Position numbers and translations under genes: made by a program. A stretch of DNA of 56,221 nt, filler included, from Callorhinchus milii (Eukaryota): assembly GCF_018977255.1 (NCBI RefSeq). It is 2 parts of 2 records of this genome, joined end to end, with 100 filler letters (N's around TTAATTAATTAA, not from the genome) between each part and the next. Parts side by side here need not be neighbours in the genome. Positions count along the whole stretch, not along the records: positions 28,165 to 56,221 come from NW_024705678.1; 1 more part is not named here. One strand, 5' to 3'. This document shows, one piece after another, positions 46,353-56,221 of the stretch (positions are counted from its first letter, which is position 1; every line of letters starts with the position of its first letter). Below the pieces are notes generated by a model that did not search any database, was not told the DNA's origin, and saw only the letters and a list, made by a program, of their open reading frames with translations.

Positions 46353-49300
46353 ATGGCGGCGTCCTTCAGAGGCCTCGTCCCCGGTCTCCGGGCGCTGAGC
46401 CGCGGGTTCAGCGCCAACTCCAGGCTGGTGAGTGAGGCCTCGAACGTCACTTGGAGGGACCCTTTTTACTGGGGGAACGTTCCCGTTTCTTGTGGGTTTA
46501 TAAACGTTCCGTTAATTGCACAAACGTTTCCGTTTGTTTGGACAACACAAAACGTGCACTGATGCAGCGCCAACAACAAGAACAACAACAAACAACAACA
46601 ACAACAAGATTCGATTTACAGAGCGCCTTTCACGTCGGGAGGACGTCCCAAAGCGCTGGACCTGAGCAGTGGGGGGGAATGGTCAGGGGAGGGGAGGGGA
46701 GGGGAGGGGGCGAGGAGGGGGGAGATGGTCAGGGTGAGGGGAGGGGAGGGAGGGGGTGAGGAGGGGGGAGATGGTCAGGGTGAGGGGAGGGAAGGGAGGG
46801 AGCGAGGAGGGGGAGATGGTCAGGGTGAGGGGAGGGAGGGAGGGAGCGAGGAGGGGGGAGATGGTCAGGGTGAGGGGAGGGGAGGGAGGGGGTGAGGAGG
46901 GGGGAAATGGTCAGGGTGAGGGGAGGGGAGGGAGGGAGCGAGGAGGGGTAGAGAGTCGAGAGCGGAGCTGAAGGCTGAAGGTCAAAGAGAAAGGCCTTGA
47001 GACACGGCCCTGAAGGAGGAAAGGGAGGAAGCGGCGAAGGCACTGGGGATGGAGTTCCAGAGCCTCGGGGCTGAGAGGCTGAAGGCCACCGATGGTCGGG
47101 CGGTTGGGGCGGGGGGTGCGGAGCAGACCGGAGCCCGAGGAACGGAGGGTACGGGGGGGTACGTGGGAGGATAGTAGGTCGGAGAGGGAGGAGGGAGCGA
47201 GGCCGTGAATGGCCTCGTAGGTGAGGATGAGGATCTTGAATTCGAGGCCGAGTAGCGCCTCAGAGCGCTTTACAATGGCGGAGCCTGACTCCCAGCTGGT
47301 GGGGGGAAGATGCCCCCGTAAGCACGGCCGAAGAGGAAGGTTCGTGACTGTTTGCGGGGACGTCGCTGTGCGCAAATCGGCTGCTGCGTTTCGCCCGCAA
47401 AAAGCACAGTCACTACACCTCACAGTGTAACCCTGCATATAGTGGCTCTGAGACCTGACGTGAAAGGCACCCGTACCAAATGCCAGGGTTATAATCGTCT
47501 CAAAGCGCTTCACAGGCTTACACTGTAAAGCGTAGCGACTGTGTGTCTTGTGGGCAAAACGCAGCAGCCGTGGATTGAGTGACCAATTGATGATTTTTTT
47601 TTGAAGGGATTATTACACCCCCCCTCCCCCCCCACCCAGGAAAGCAATCGGCCAATCGCTTAACAAGCGGGTTCCTCCTGACTGCTGGTAAACAGAGGCG
47701 TGTGGGGTAAGGAAACCTGCCCAACGTTTCGCCCTGCCCCGTCCTGTCCCGCCTGGGAATCGAACCCGGGTCTCTCGCTTGCGAGGCGAGCGCTCTAACC
47801 ACTGAGCTACAGGACTCCACTTACCCATTCTCCAGTGTAGATCGTACTGGCGTTGTCGTTTCTGTGGACTGGCATGTCTGAGGCGTGTTTGTGCTCGCAG
47901 AACACGGTGATTGTGGAGCGCTGGTGGAAGGTGCCACTGCCGAAGGAAGGCCAACCCGCTCGGCTACACCCGCGCAGACACCGCATCTATAAGCTGGTGG
48001 AGGACACAAAGCATCAGACCAAGGAGCCGTTGGAACTAATCCTCACCCAGAACGTGAACAGTATGTGTTCCCTTTGAGACTACATTTTGTACTGTATTGT
48101 ACGTTTGATACAGCTTCATTGCTCCCAGCATTTCAACCAGCTAAAGGGGGACGCAATAAAATGCCCCCCCTTACCCACGGACGCTGGAAAGGCCTGGGCT
48201 GCGTGCATGCACGCAGGGCCTCTCAAGTTTAATGCGGGACGTATAAACCAGCAACAACACTTGACACTTACACAGCGCCTTTCACGTCGGGAGGACGTCC
48301 CAAGGCGCTGGACAGTCAGGGATCTGCACCCGAGCTGGTGGTTGGGATATAATAATAATAATAATCCTTCCATTTGATACAGCACCTTATCATATCTCCT
48401 GGACGACTCAAAGCGCTTCACAGAATACACTGCGAAGTGACCCGACTGTACATTTGTGGGCGAAAGGCAGCAGCCAGTTGCGCACAGCAGCGTCCCACAA
48501 ACAGTCGTGGATTGAAGTGACCAATTTATTATTCTTTCCTGCAGGGATTATTATCAGGCGTGTGGTGTGAGGAAACTTGCCCAAGGTTTCACCCTGCCGG
48601 GAATCGAACTCGGATCCTCTCGCTTGCGAGGCGAGTGCTCTAACCACTGAGCTGCAGGACTCCACGCTCAGGAGCGGTGGCGGGCGGGGAGGGTAGGGGT
48701 AGGAGGGTGACCGAAGGCATGGTCGAAAAGGAGGGTCTTGGAAAGAGGCAAGGCAAGGGGGCAGTGGGTGTGGGGGAGTGAGCCATGGCCTGACCTCTGA
48801 TTGATTTGGGAGGTGTTGTATCTTCTCCTGTTGCAGGGCTGGGAAGTCGCGGTGATGTTGTGTTCGTGAAGAGATCATTGGGTCGGAATAAGCTCCTTCC
48901 CCAGGGCCTTGCCGTCTACGCTTCCCCAGAGAACAAGCTCCTCTTTGAGGACGAGCGTAAGGTCTGTCTCTCTCACTCTCTGTCTCTATGTCTCTCCTCC
49001 CTCTCTCTCTCTGTTTGTATGATGGCTGGAGGGTCTGCCATGCGGTATGTGGTGTGATAGTTAGCTCCTGCCCCCAAAACGGTGTCCCAACGAGACAGAA
49101 TGTGGCCCAATCATGAGGGGAGGAGGGTTAATTTACCTGTAATATTTTTTGGGGGGTGTCTGACACACGCGGAAACCCATCACCATGCTTAAAGAGTCTC
49201 CAAACCAAGCCTAGATTTCCATTCATCCCACCAACACATAACAATAACCCTCGCGTTTGCTACAGCGCCTTCGAGACGTCTCAAAGCGCTTCACAGGATA

Positions 49301-51404
49301 CACTATAAAGTGTAGTGATTATGTGTTTTCTGGGCGAAATGCGGCAGCCAATCCCAGAAACAGTCATGGATTAAGTGACCAATTTATTATTATTATTTCT
49401 GAAGGAATTATTACCCCCGGAAAAGCCAATCGACTAACTACTGGGTTCCTACTTACTGCTGGTAAACAGTGGCGTGTGGAGTAAGGAAACCTGCCCAACT
49501 TTTCGCCCGAATCCGGGTCCTCTCGCTTGCGAGGCAAGTGCTCGAACCACTGAGCTACGGGACTCCACGTGTAAATCCCAGAGATAGATTGCTGGAATGG
49601 AATCCTCCATCTCTCTGGAGAGCCAAGGCTTGTGGGACGCCCAGAGTGCGCGTTGGGGTAACTGCTGGAGTCTAACCAGCTAACCCCACGTAGCTTGTCA
49701 TTGAGAGCGCTGTCTGGCTTGCAGGGTTAACAGGAGCTGAGTGGGAGGATTCCCTGCCCCAAGTGACTGGTCTGCCTGTAACCTCTATCTGTTGTGTTCT
49801 GCAGTGTTTCCAAGAGGGAGCTCCAGAGGATAGGATCCAGACCCACAGTGGAGAGGAGGTGAGACCTTCAGTATGTGGAATATGGGGACAGAGGGGACAG
49901 AGCCTTACAGTTCAATCCTGAGGGGTTGGAAGGGAGATCGGGAGATGTTACTAACCGAGGGCTGGGAGAGTGAGGCCCAGAGGTGGAATCGATCGGGTGT
50001 GAGAGGGAGATGGTTAGAGACTTGGGGGAGTCAGGTGATGGATTAACCAGTGATCTCTTGTGTCCCTCTTGACGATGGTCAGGTTGTGGAGTTCCTGAGG
50101 AAATCGCACCTGACAGTCCGGATGAAGAACAATGTGAAATGGGAGCTGACCCCAGAAATCATCTCTCGCCACTTCCAGATCGAGGTCAGTGATTATATTC
50201 ATAATTATTATTGATAATCCTCGCATTGGATACAGAGGAACTGGGTTTCATGGCATCTCTGACAATGCGGTGTTCTCTCTCGCTCTCTCCTTCGAGCGTC
50301 AGCCTGGACTGTGAGCTCAGAGACCCCGACGTGTGTGTGTGGGTGGAGGGAGGGGTGGGGGCTCAAACCCACAACCTCCTGACTCGGAGGCGAGAGAGAA
50401 AGAGAGAGAGAGAGAACGACTGAGCCACGGGCTGAATAGGGGTGTGGGGTATAAACCCTGGCACCAACCGGTTGGGCGAAATGGCCTAGGGTGCTTCTGT
50501 GCTGTAGTGCTTTGTGTCACTTCAATGCCTTTCTTCCCCCCGCCCCACAGCTTGGTGTATTTGTGCCCCCCCAAGCCGTGACTCTGCCAGACCAGCCCAT
50601 CACCACCTGGTGCGAGAGCTGGTGTGACGTCACAGTGAGTATCGCACCCATTTCCGTTCCCAGATTCTCTGCTGCGCGACCCCATCATCCCCCATCGTCC
50701 TCGCCCGGCTCCACTGGCTCCCCACCCCCCCCCCCCCCGAGGGTACAGTTCAAGATCCTCGCCTTCAAAGCCCTCCCGCCCACCGCCTCGCTCCCCCACC
50801 CTACCTCTGTGACCTCCTACCAACCTGCCCGCTCCCTCCGCTCAGCGGGCTCCGGCCTGAATTCACGTCCCCCTCCCAGCCCAGCTCCCTTCCCACAGTC
50901 CCTCCGCTTCGCCCTCCTCACCATTGGCGGGTGGGCCTTCAGCCTCTCTGCCCCGCCCCACCCCACCCCCCTCTGGAACTGCATCCCACAGTCCCCCCGC
51001 CTCCCTCGCTCCCTCCCCGGCCTCCTTCAAGACCTGTCTCAAGACCCTCCTCTTCGACCGCGTCTTCGGTCACCCTCCCCTCCACCCCCTTCTGATCCCA
51101 AACCCCAGCTCGGGTCCAAACCCCTGACTGTCCAGGGCCTTGGGACATCCTCCCGACGTAAAAGGCGCCGTGTAAACGTCACGTGTTGTTGTTGTTGTTG
51201 TTGTTGCTCCTGACCGTCCCTTCCCCGGGTTCCTGACGCCTGGTTTTCCGTCTCACGCAGGTGAACGGGATTGAAACCGTGCGGGTCCCGATGTCAGTGA
51301 CGAACTTTGAGAGGTTGAAACTGCGGAGATATAAGCAATGGCTGCTGAGGCAAGGAGGGGCGTCAGCCCTCGGGGGAGGGGATGGGGCACACCCTGAGTC
51401 CTGA
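46353..51404 (+). CDS. MRPL9: Mitochondrial ribosomal protein L9 (bL9m); exons 46353-46427, 47901-48060, 48837-48961, 49805-49858, 50083-50184, 50551-50634, 51261-51404
   Basis: Mitochondrial targeting peptide [36 protein letters not shown]...[58 protein letters not shown]. Phases match; AATAAA at 51621. Confidence 0.95.
47500..47818 (-). repeat. tRNA-derived SINE with L2-like tail (representative of more than 20 copies in the right half)
   Basis: Head GTAGCTCAGTGGTTAGAGCGCTCGCC...GGTTCGATTCCC; family tail GTGAAAAGCGCTATATCAAATGCAAGGA(TTA)n seen in other copies. Confidence 0.8.
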
Positions 51405-52411
51405 ACCCCCCCACGCCACTCTGTTCCCTCCCCTGGGGACTGGGGAGGGGGAGCACCGAGTCTAAAAGTGGGAACAAGTCTGTTGGGGGTAAAGGGTTGG
51501 ACCTCAAACGTGACTCTGGATGTGCGAGATAACAAGGGGAGCAAAGTGACATTCATTGATTGATTCTCTTTCCCCCCCACCACCACCGTGTGCATACCCC
51601 ACCCCCCATTTGCGTGTGAGAATAAAGCTGATGTATCACTGATTTACCGGCTGTGGTGAGTGACTGATCTAGAAGGGCAGTCTCCGTTCTGAGCTCAGCC
51701 CCTCAGGCATCCGTGTGTGTGTGTGTGTGTGGTGGGGAATTAATAATAATCCTTGCATTTGATACAGCGCCTGATCATATCTTCGAGACGTCTCAAAACT
51801 CTTCGCGTAATATACTGTAAAGTATAGTGACTGTGGGTGAAACTCGGCAGCGGTAACGTCCCACAAACAGCCACAGAAAGTGAGCGACCGATTTATATCT
51901 GAGGGAATTGTCGACCAGGATACCGGGAGAGAGAGAGAGAGAGAGACTCCCTTCTCTTTTCGATTAGCGCCACGGGAGTTCTTTAACGTCCACCTGAACA
52001 GGGCACAGACGGGGAGAGAGAGAGTGAGTTTTGACGTCTGATCCGGAGGAAAGCCTCTCCCAACTTTGCAACCGCCTCTCCCCACCCACCTCCCCAGTCA
52101 GGTGAGCAGTCCAGTCAGTGGGAGGTTTTTAAAATGGATGAAAGACAGGACACTGTGTGCAGATTTTTATTTTCAGCTTTATTCTGTCAGAGTCGCGAAG
52201 AGATCAGAGAAGTGCGTTAAGCAGCCAAGAAGTTCCGAGGAGGGGTAAGCCAGGACGGAGGGAGTTGGGGGTCTGATGGAGGTGGAGAGGTGAGGTGGAG
52301 GAGGGTGGGCGTGAGGTGGAGCGGGCGTGAGGTGGAGCGGGCGTGAGGTGGAGCGGGCGGGCGTGAGGTGGAGGGGGAGAGTTCCTGGGGGGGGGGCCCC
52401 CTCCCCTCGTC

Positions 52412-52485
52412 TCAGTAGCTGCCCAGAACCACACCGAGCATCACAGACAGGCTGACGGAGGCCACGCTCCAGCGGTGGTTCGAGC
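52412..52485 (-). CDS. Otoancorin-like terminal exon D (GPI-anchor signal)
   Basis: TTCCAG|GC TCG..; GSNHRWSVASVSLSVMLGVVLGSY*, a hydrophobic C-terminal tail. Confidence 0.65.
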
Positions 52486-52986
52486 CTGGAAGACGAGGAC
52501 GAAAGAGAGAGAACGGTTAGTGTTGCCCTCTGACTTGGTGTCTGGGTGAGGGGCTAATAATAACAACAACAACAACAACAACCCCTGCATTTGACCCGGC
52601 GCCTGATCACGTCGTCGAGACGTCTCGAAGCGCTTCACGGGACACGCCGTAGAGTGCGGTGACCGTGTGTGTTTTGCGGGCGAAACCCGGCAGCCGATCG
52701 CGCCCGGCGACGTCCCCCCCCCCCCCACAAACAGCCGTGGGTTGAAGTGACCGAATCAGTGTTCTTTCTCTTTTTTTTTTTGAAGGGGTTACAAGCCCCG
52801 GAAAAGCAATCGGCCAATCGACTAACAAGCGGGTTTCTGCTGACAAACAGAGGCGCGCGCGCGCGTGCGGAGTCAGGAAACTCGCCTAATGCCTGGGAAT
52901 CGAACCCGGGTCGTCCTCTCGCTTGCGAGGCGAGCAAACTGTCCCCTGAGCTACCGCAGGATGGGGTAGAAGTGGGGTTGACCGAC

Positions 52987-53146
52987 CTGCATCCACAAAC
53001 AGAGGCACGGTGACCTGTTTGACGGGCAAGCCCTGGGACTCTTCTAGCGCCTCCTTCTGTCGGTCGCTGGCTACCGCGAGCTGTTCCTCGGTGACCGAGG
53101 CAGCGCTGACTGGGTCCAGGGCTTTGAGCTGAGCAGGAGACAGCAC
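52987..53146 (-). CDS. Otoancorin-like exon C
   Basis: CGTAG|GTGCTG..GCAG|GTCGGT; VLSPAQLKALDPVSAASVTEEQLAVASDRQKEALEESQ..; phase 0 to 1. Confidence 0.75.
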
Positions 53147-53559
53147 CTACGGGCACACAACAGCGACAACAACCCTTGAGTTTGGCGCAGCGCCTGATCG
53201 CGTCTTCCAGGCGTCTCAAAGCGCTTCACGGGATACACCAAAGGCCGTCCAACTTGCGGAGGAAACGGGGCAGGCAGTCGCCTGGTTTTGCTTCAGGTTT
53301 CCAGCATCTGCAGTATTTTGTGTTTGGAACCAATTGATTCTTTTTCGGATACTTCCCCCAAGACCTTCCTCTTCGACCGTGTCTTCGGCCAACCCCACTC
53401 CACCCTCCTGACCCCCAGCTCGGGTCCAAACCCCACCCCCCCACCCCACCCCACCCCAACTGTCCAGCGCCCTGGGACTTCCTCTCTCGAAGGGAAGGGC
53501 GAGCGATGGGCGTGGGTTGTTGTCGGAAGTCTCGGTAATTGGCTGATTTTTCTCGGCAG

Positions 53560-53696
53560 TATGTCAGCTGGAGTCCTGGGAAAGGCCGCGTGTCCCCCGC
53601 AAATCCTGGAAGCGCTGAAGGTAAAGGCGGTGAGCGAGTACGGCAAGATGGCGGGTTGGTCACCCGCATGTCTCCTCGAGCAAGGCACCGTGGTCG
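53560..53696 (+). CDS. Otoancorin-like exon A (opposite strand to terminal exons)
   Basis: GGCAG|T ATG..GTC G|GTAAGA; MSAGVLGKAACPPQILEALKVKAVSEYGKMAGWSPACLLEQGTVV resembles the OTOA/STRC C-terminal region (C...L..K....FG...W....L.E.GTI). Confidence 0.75.
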
Positions 53697-53761
53697 GTAA
53701 GAGCTCGGCTTGGTTTGGTTTGGTTTGGCGTCTCCGTGTCAACTGTCAGCCATTGGCTCTC

Positions 53762-55197
53762 CACCTTTCCCCCCCCCCCTCCATCTCACCCCCCAACTCT
53801 GCCCTCCATCTCACCCCCCAACTCTGCCCTCCATCTCACCCCCCAACTCTGCCCTCCATCACCTCCCCCACCCATAACTCTGCCCTCCATCACCCCCCCC
53901 ACCCATAACTCTGCCCTCCATCTCACCCCCCAGCCATAACTCTGCCCTCCATCTCTCCCCCCAATTCTGCCCTCCATCTCACCCCCCAACTCTGCCCTCC
54001 ATCTCACCCCCCCACCCCAACTCTGCCCTCCATCACCCCCCCCACCCACAACTCTGCCCTCCATCACCCCCCCCACCCCCAACTCTGCCCTCCATCACCC
54101 CCCCACCCCCAACTCTGCCCTCCATCACCCCCCCACCCCCAACTCTGCCCTCCATCACCCCCCCCACCATAACTCTGCCCTCCATCACCCCCCCCACCCA
54201 TAACTCTGCCCTCCATCACCCCCCCCACCCATAACTCTGCCCTCCATCTCACCCCCCAACTCTGCCCTCCATCTCACCCCCCAACTCTGCCCTCCATCTC
54301 ACCCCCAACTCTGCCTCCATCACCCCCCCCACCCCCAACTCTGCCCTCCATCACCCCCCACCCCCAACTCTGCCCTCCATCACCCCCCCACCCATAACTC
54401 TGCCCTCCATCACCCCCCCCACCCATAACTCTGCCCTCATCACCCCCCCACCCATAACTCTGCCCTCCATCTCACCCCCCAACTCTGCCCTCCATCTCAC
54501 CCCCCAACTCTGCCCTCCATCTCACCCCCCAACTCTGCCCTCCATCTCACCCCCCAACTCTGCCCTCCATCTCACCCCCACCCACAACTCTGCCCTCCAT
54601 CACCCCCCCCCCCCAACTCTGCCCTCCATCACCCCCCCACCCCCAACTCTGCCCTCCATCACCCCCCCAGCCATAACTCTGCCCTCCATCACCCCCCCCA
54701 GCCATAACTCTGCCCTCCATCTCTCCCCCCAACTCTGCCCTCCATCTCACCCCCCCACCCATAACTCTGCCCTCCATCACCCCCCACCCATAACTCTGCC
54801 CTCCATCTCACCCCCCAACTCTGCCCTCCATCTCACCCCCCAACTCTGCCCTCCATCTCACCCCCCCACCCACAACTCTGCCCTCCATCACCCCCCCCCC
54901 CAACTCTGCCCTCCATCACCCCCCCACCCATAACTCTGCCCTCCATCACCCCCCCACCCATAACTCTGCCCTCCATCTCACCCCCCAACTCTGCCCTCCA
55001 TCTCACCCCCCCACCCACAACTCTGCCTACATCACCCCCCCCACCCCCAACTCTGCCCTCCATCACCCCCCCCCCCACCCATAACTCTGCCCTCCATCTC
55101 ACCCCCCACCCCACAACTCTGGCCTCCATCTCACCCCCCCCCCCCCCCCCCGCCACAACTCTGCCCTCCAACTGACCCCCCCCCCCCAACTCTGCCA
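53762..55197. repeat. C-rich ~24-30-bp minisatellite AACTCTGCCCTCCATC(TC)ACCCCCC
   Basis: About 50 variable units. Confidence 0.95.
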
Positions 55198-55319
55198 TGT
55201 TTGGGGGAGGGAAGGAAATCAACCTGGGCTCCCCCATGGCTCGCCACCCAGAACCCACCCTGGAATTGTTGCGCAGAGATCATGTGAATCCTCTACTGTA
55301 CTAACTTCTCCCCCCCTTT

Positions 55320-55697
55320 GTCTCTCTCTGTGTGTGTGCCCGTCTCTGTGTGTGTGCCCGTCTCTGTGTGTGTGCCCGTGTCTGTGTGTGCCTGTGTGTG
55401 TGTGTGCCCGTGTCTCTCTCTCTCTGTGTGTGTGTGTGTGTGTGTGCCCGTGCTGTGTGTGTGCCCGTGTCTCTGTGTGTGTGTGTCCATGTCTCTGTGT
55501 GTGTGTGTGTGTGTGTGTGCCCGTGTCTCTGTGTGTGTGTCCGTGTGTCTCTCTGTGTGTGTGTGTGTGTGTGTGCCCGTGTCTCTGTGTCCGTGTGTCT
55601 CTCTCTGTGTGTGTGTGTGTGTGTGCCCGTGTCTCTGCGTCCGTGTGTCTCTCTCTGTGTGTGTGTGTCCGTGTCTCTGTGTGTGTGTGTGTGTGCC

Positions 55698-55734
<37 letters not shown>

Positions 55735-55790
55735 CCGTGTCTCTCTGTGTGTGTGTGTGTGTGTGTGTGCCCGTGTCTCTCTCTCTGTGT
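55320..55790. repeat. (GT)n/GCCCGTGTCTCT compound microsatellite
   Basis: Simple repeat. Confidence 0.92.
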
Positions 55791-55795
55791 GACAG

Positions 55796-55893
55796 CTGGA
55801 GCAAGTGCTGAAGAGCTGAAGAGCCTGGACCCCAGTGTGATGCAGTACCTGACTCAGGCAGCTGTCGCTCTCATCCCCTCTGAGAGATTCAAA
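55796..55893 (+). CDS. Otoancorin-like exon B
   Basis: [52 protein letters not shown]; phase 1 to 0. Confidence 0.78.
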
Positions 55894-56221
55894 GTCAGTA
55901 CACATCACACACACACACACACACACACACCTCACAGGTCCCTCCGCCTCCGCCTCCGCCTCCCCTAAACACAGCCTGGGGCTCAGTCTCTCAGTCTGGC
56001 CTCTGAGCCTGAGGGTTCAAGACACAGATACATAGATATTTGTTAGGTCGGGGTACAGGTGCTCAGTGGTTAGAGCACTTGCCTTGCAAGCGAGAGGACC
56101 TGGGTATGATTCCCGGGCGGCGACAGAGTGCGCGGAGTAAGGAAACTTTAAGCGAGTTTCCTCACTCCACGCACGCACGCACACGTGCCTCCGGATCGCT
56201 TTTCCTTCGGTGGGAGGGGGG

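Noticed and set aside
50740..51213. Extension of the MRPL9 exon ORF (240 aa)
   Set aside because: After the GTGAGT donor at 50635 the frame runs through an L2-type 3' fragment ([12 protein letters not shown]...WNCIP).
55219..55968. Cys/Val- and His/Thr-rich ORFs
   Set aside because: (GT)n microsatellite translations; only 55796-55893 looks coding.

Overview
Repeat-rich vertebrate genomic DNA made of two unrelated pieces joined by an artificial 100-bp linker (44 N + TTAATTAATTAA + 44 N, 28065-28164). The left piece (1-28064) has a lamprey-like repeat landscape and carries two tandem minus-strand PRDM9-like genes. Copy 1 has 8 phase-consistent exons from the post-KRAB exon through SSXRD, Zn-knuckle, PR/SET (three catalytic Tyr intact) and a C2H2 array; its KRAB exon is not on the contig. 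Copy 2 has the KRAB exon plus two further exons, with compensating frameshifts and an intronic Tc1 insertion. Around them are Penelope-like relics with minimal hammerhead ribozymes, nested DNA elements and minisatellites. The right piece (28165-56221) has a cartilaginous-fish-like repeat landscape and carries complete TDRKH and MRPL9 genes on the plus strand. It also holds the 3' end of an otoancorin-like GPI-anchored gene whose last four exons are split across opposite strands, which points to an inversion or misassembly starting near 53283. Gene and repeat names rest on recalled similarity and on splice-phase checks done by eye; no searches were run.
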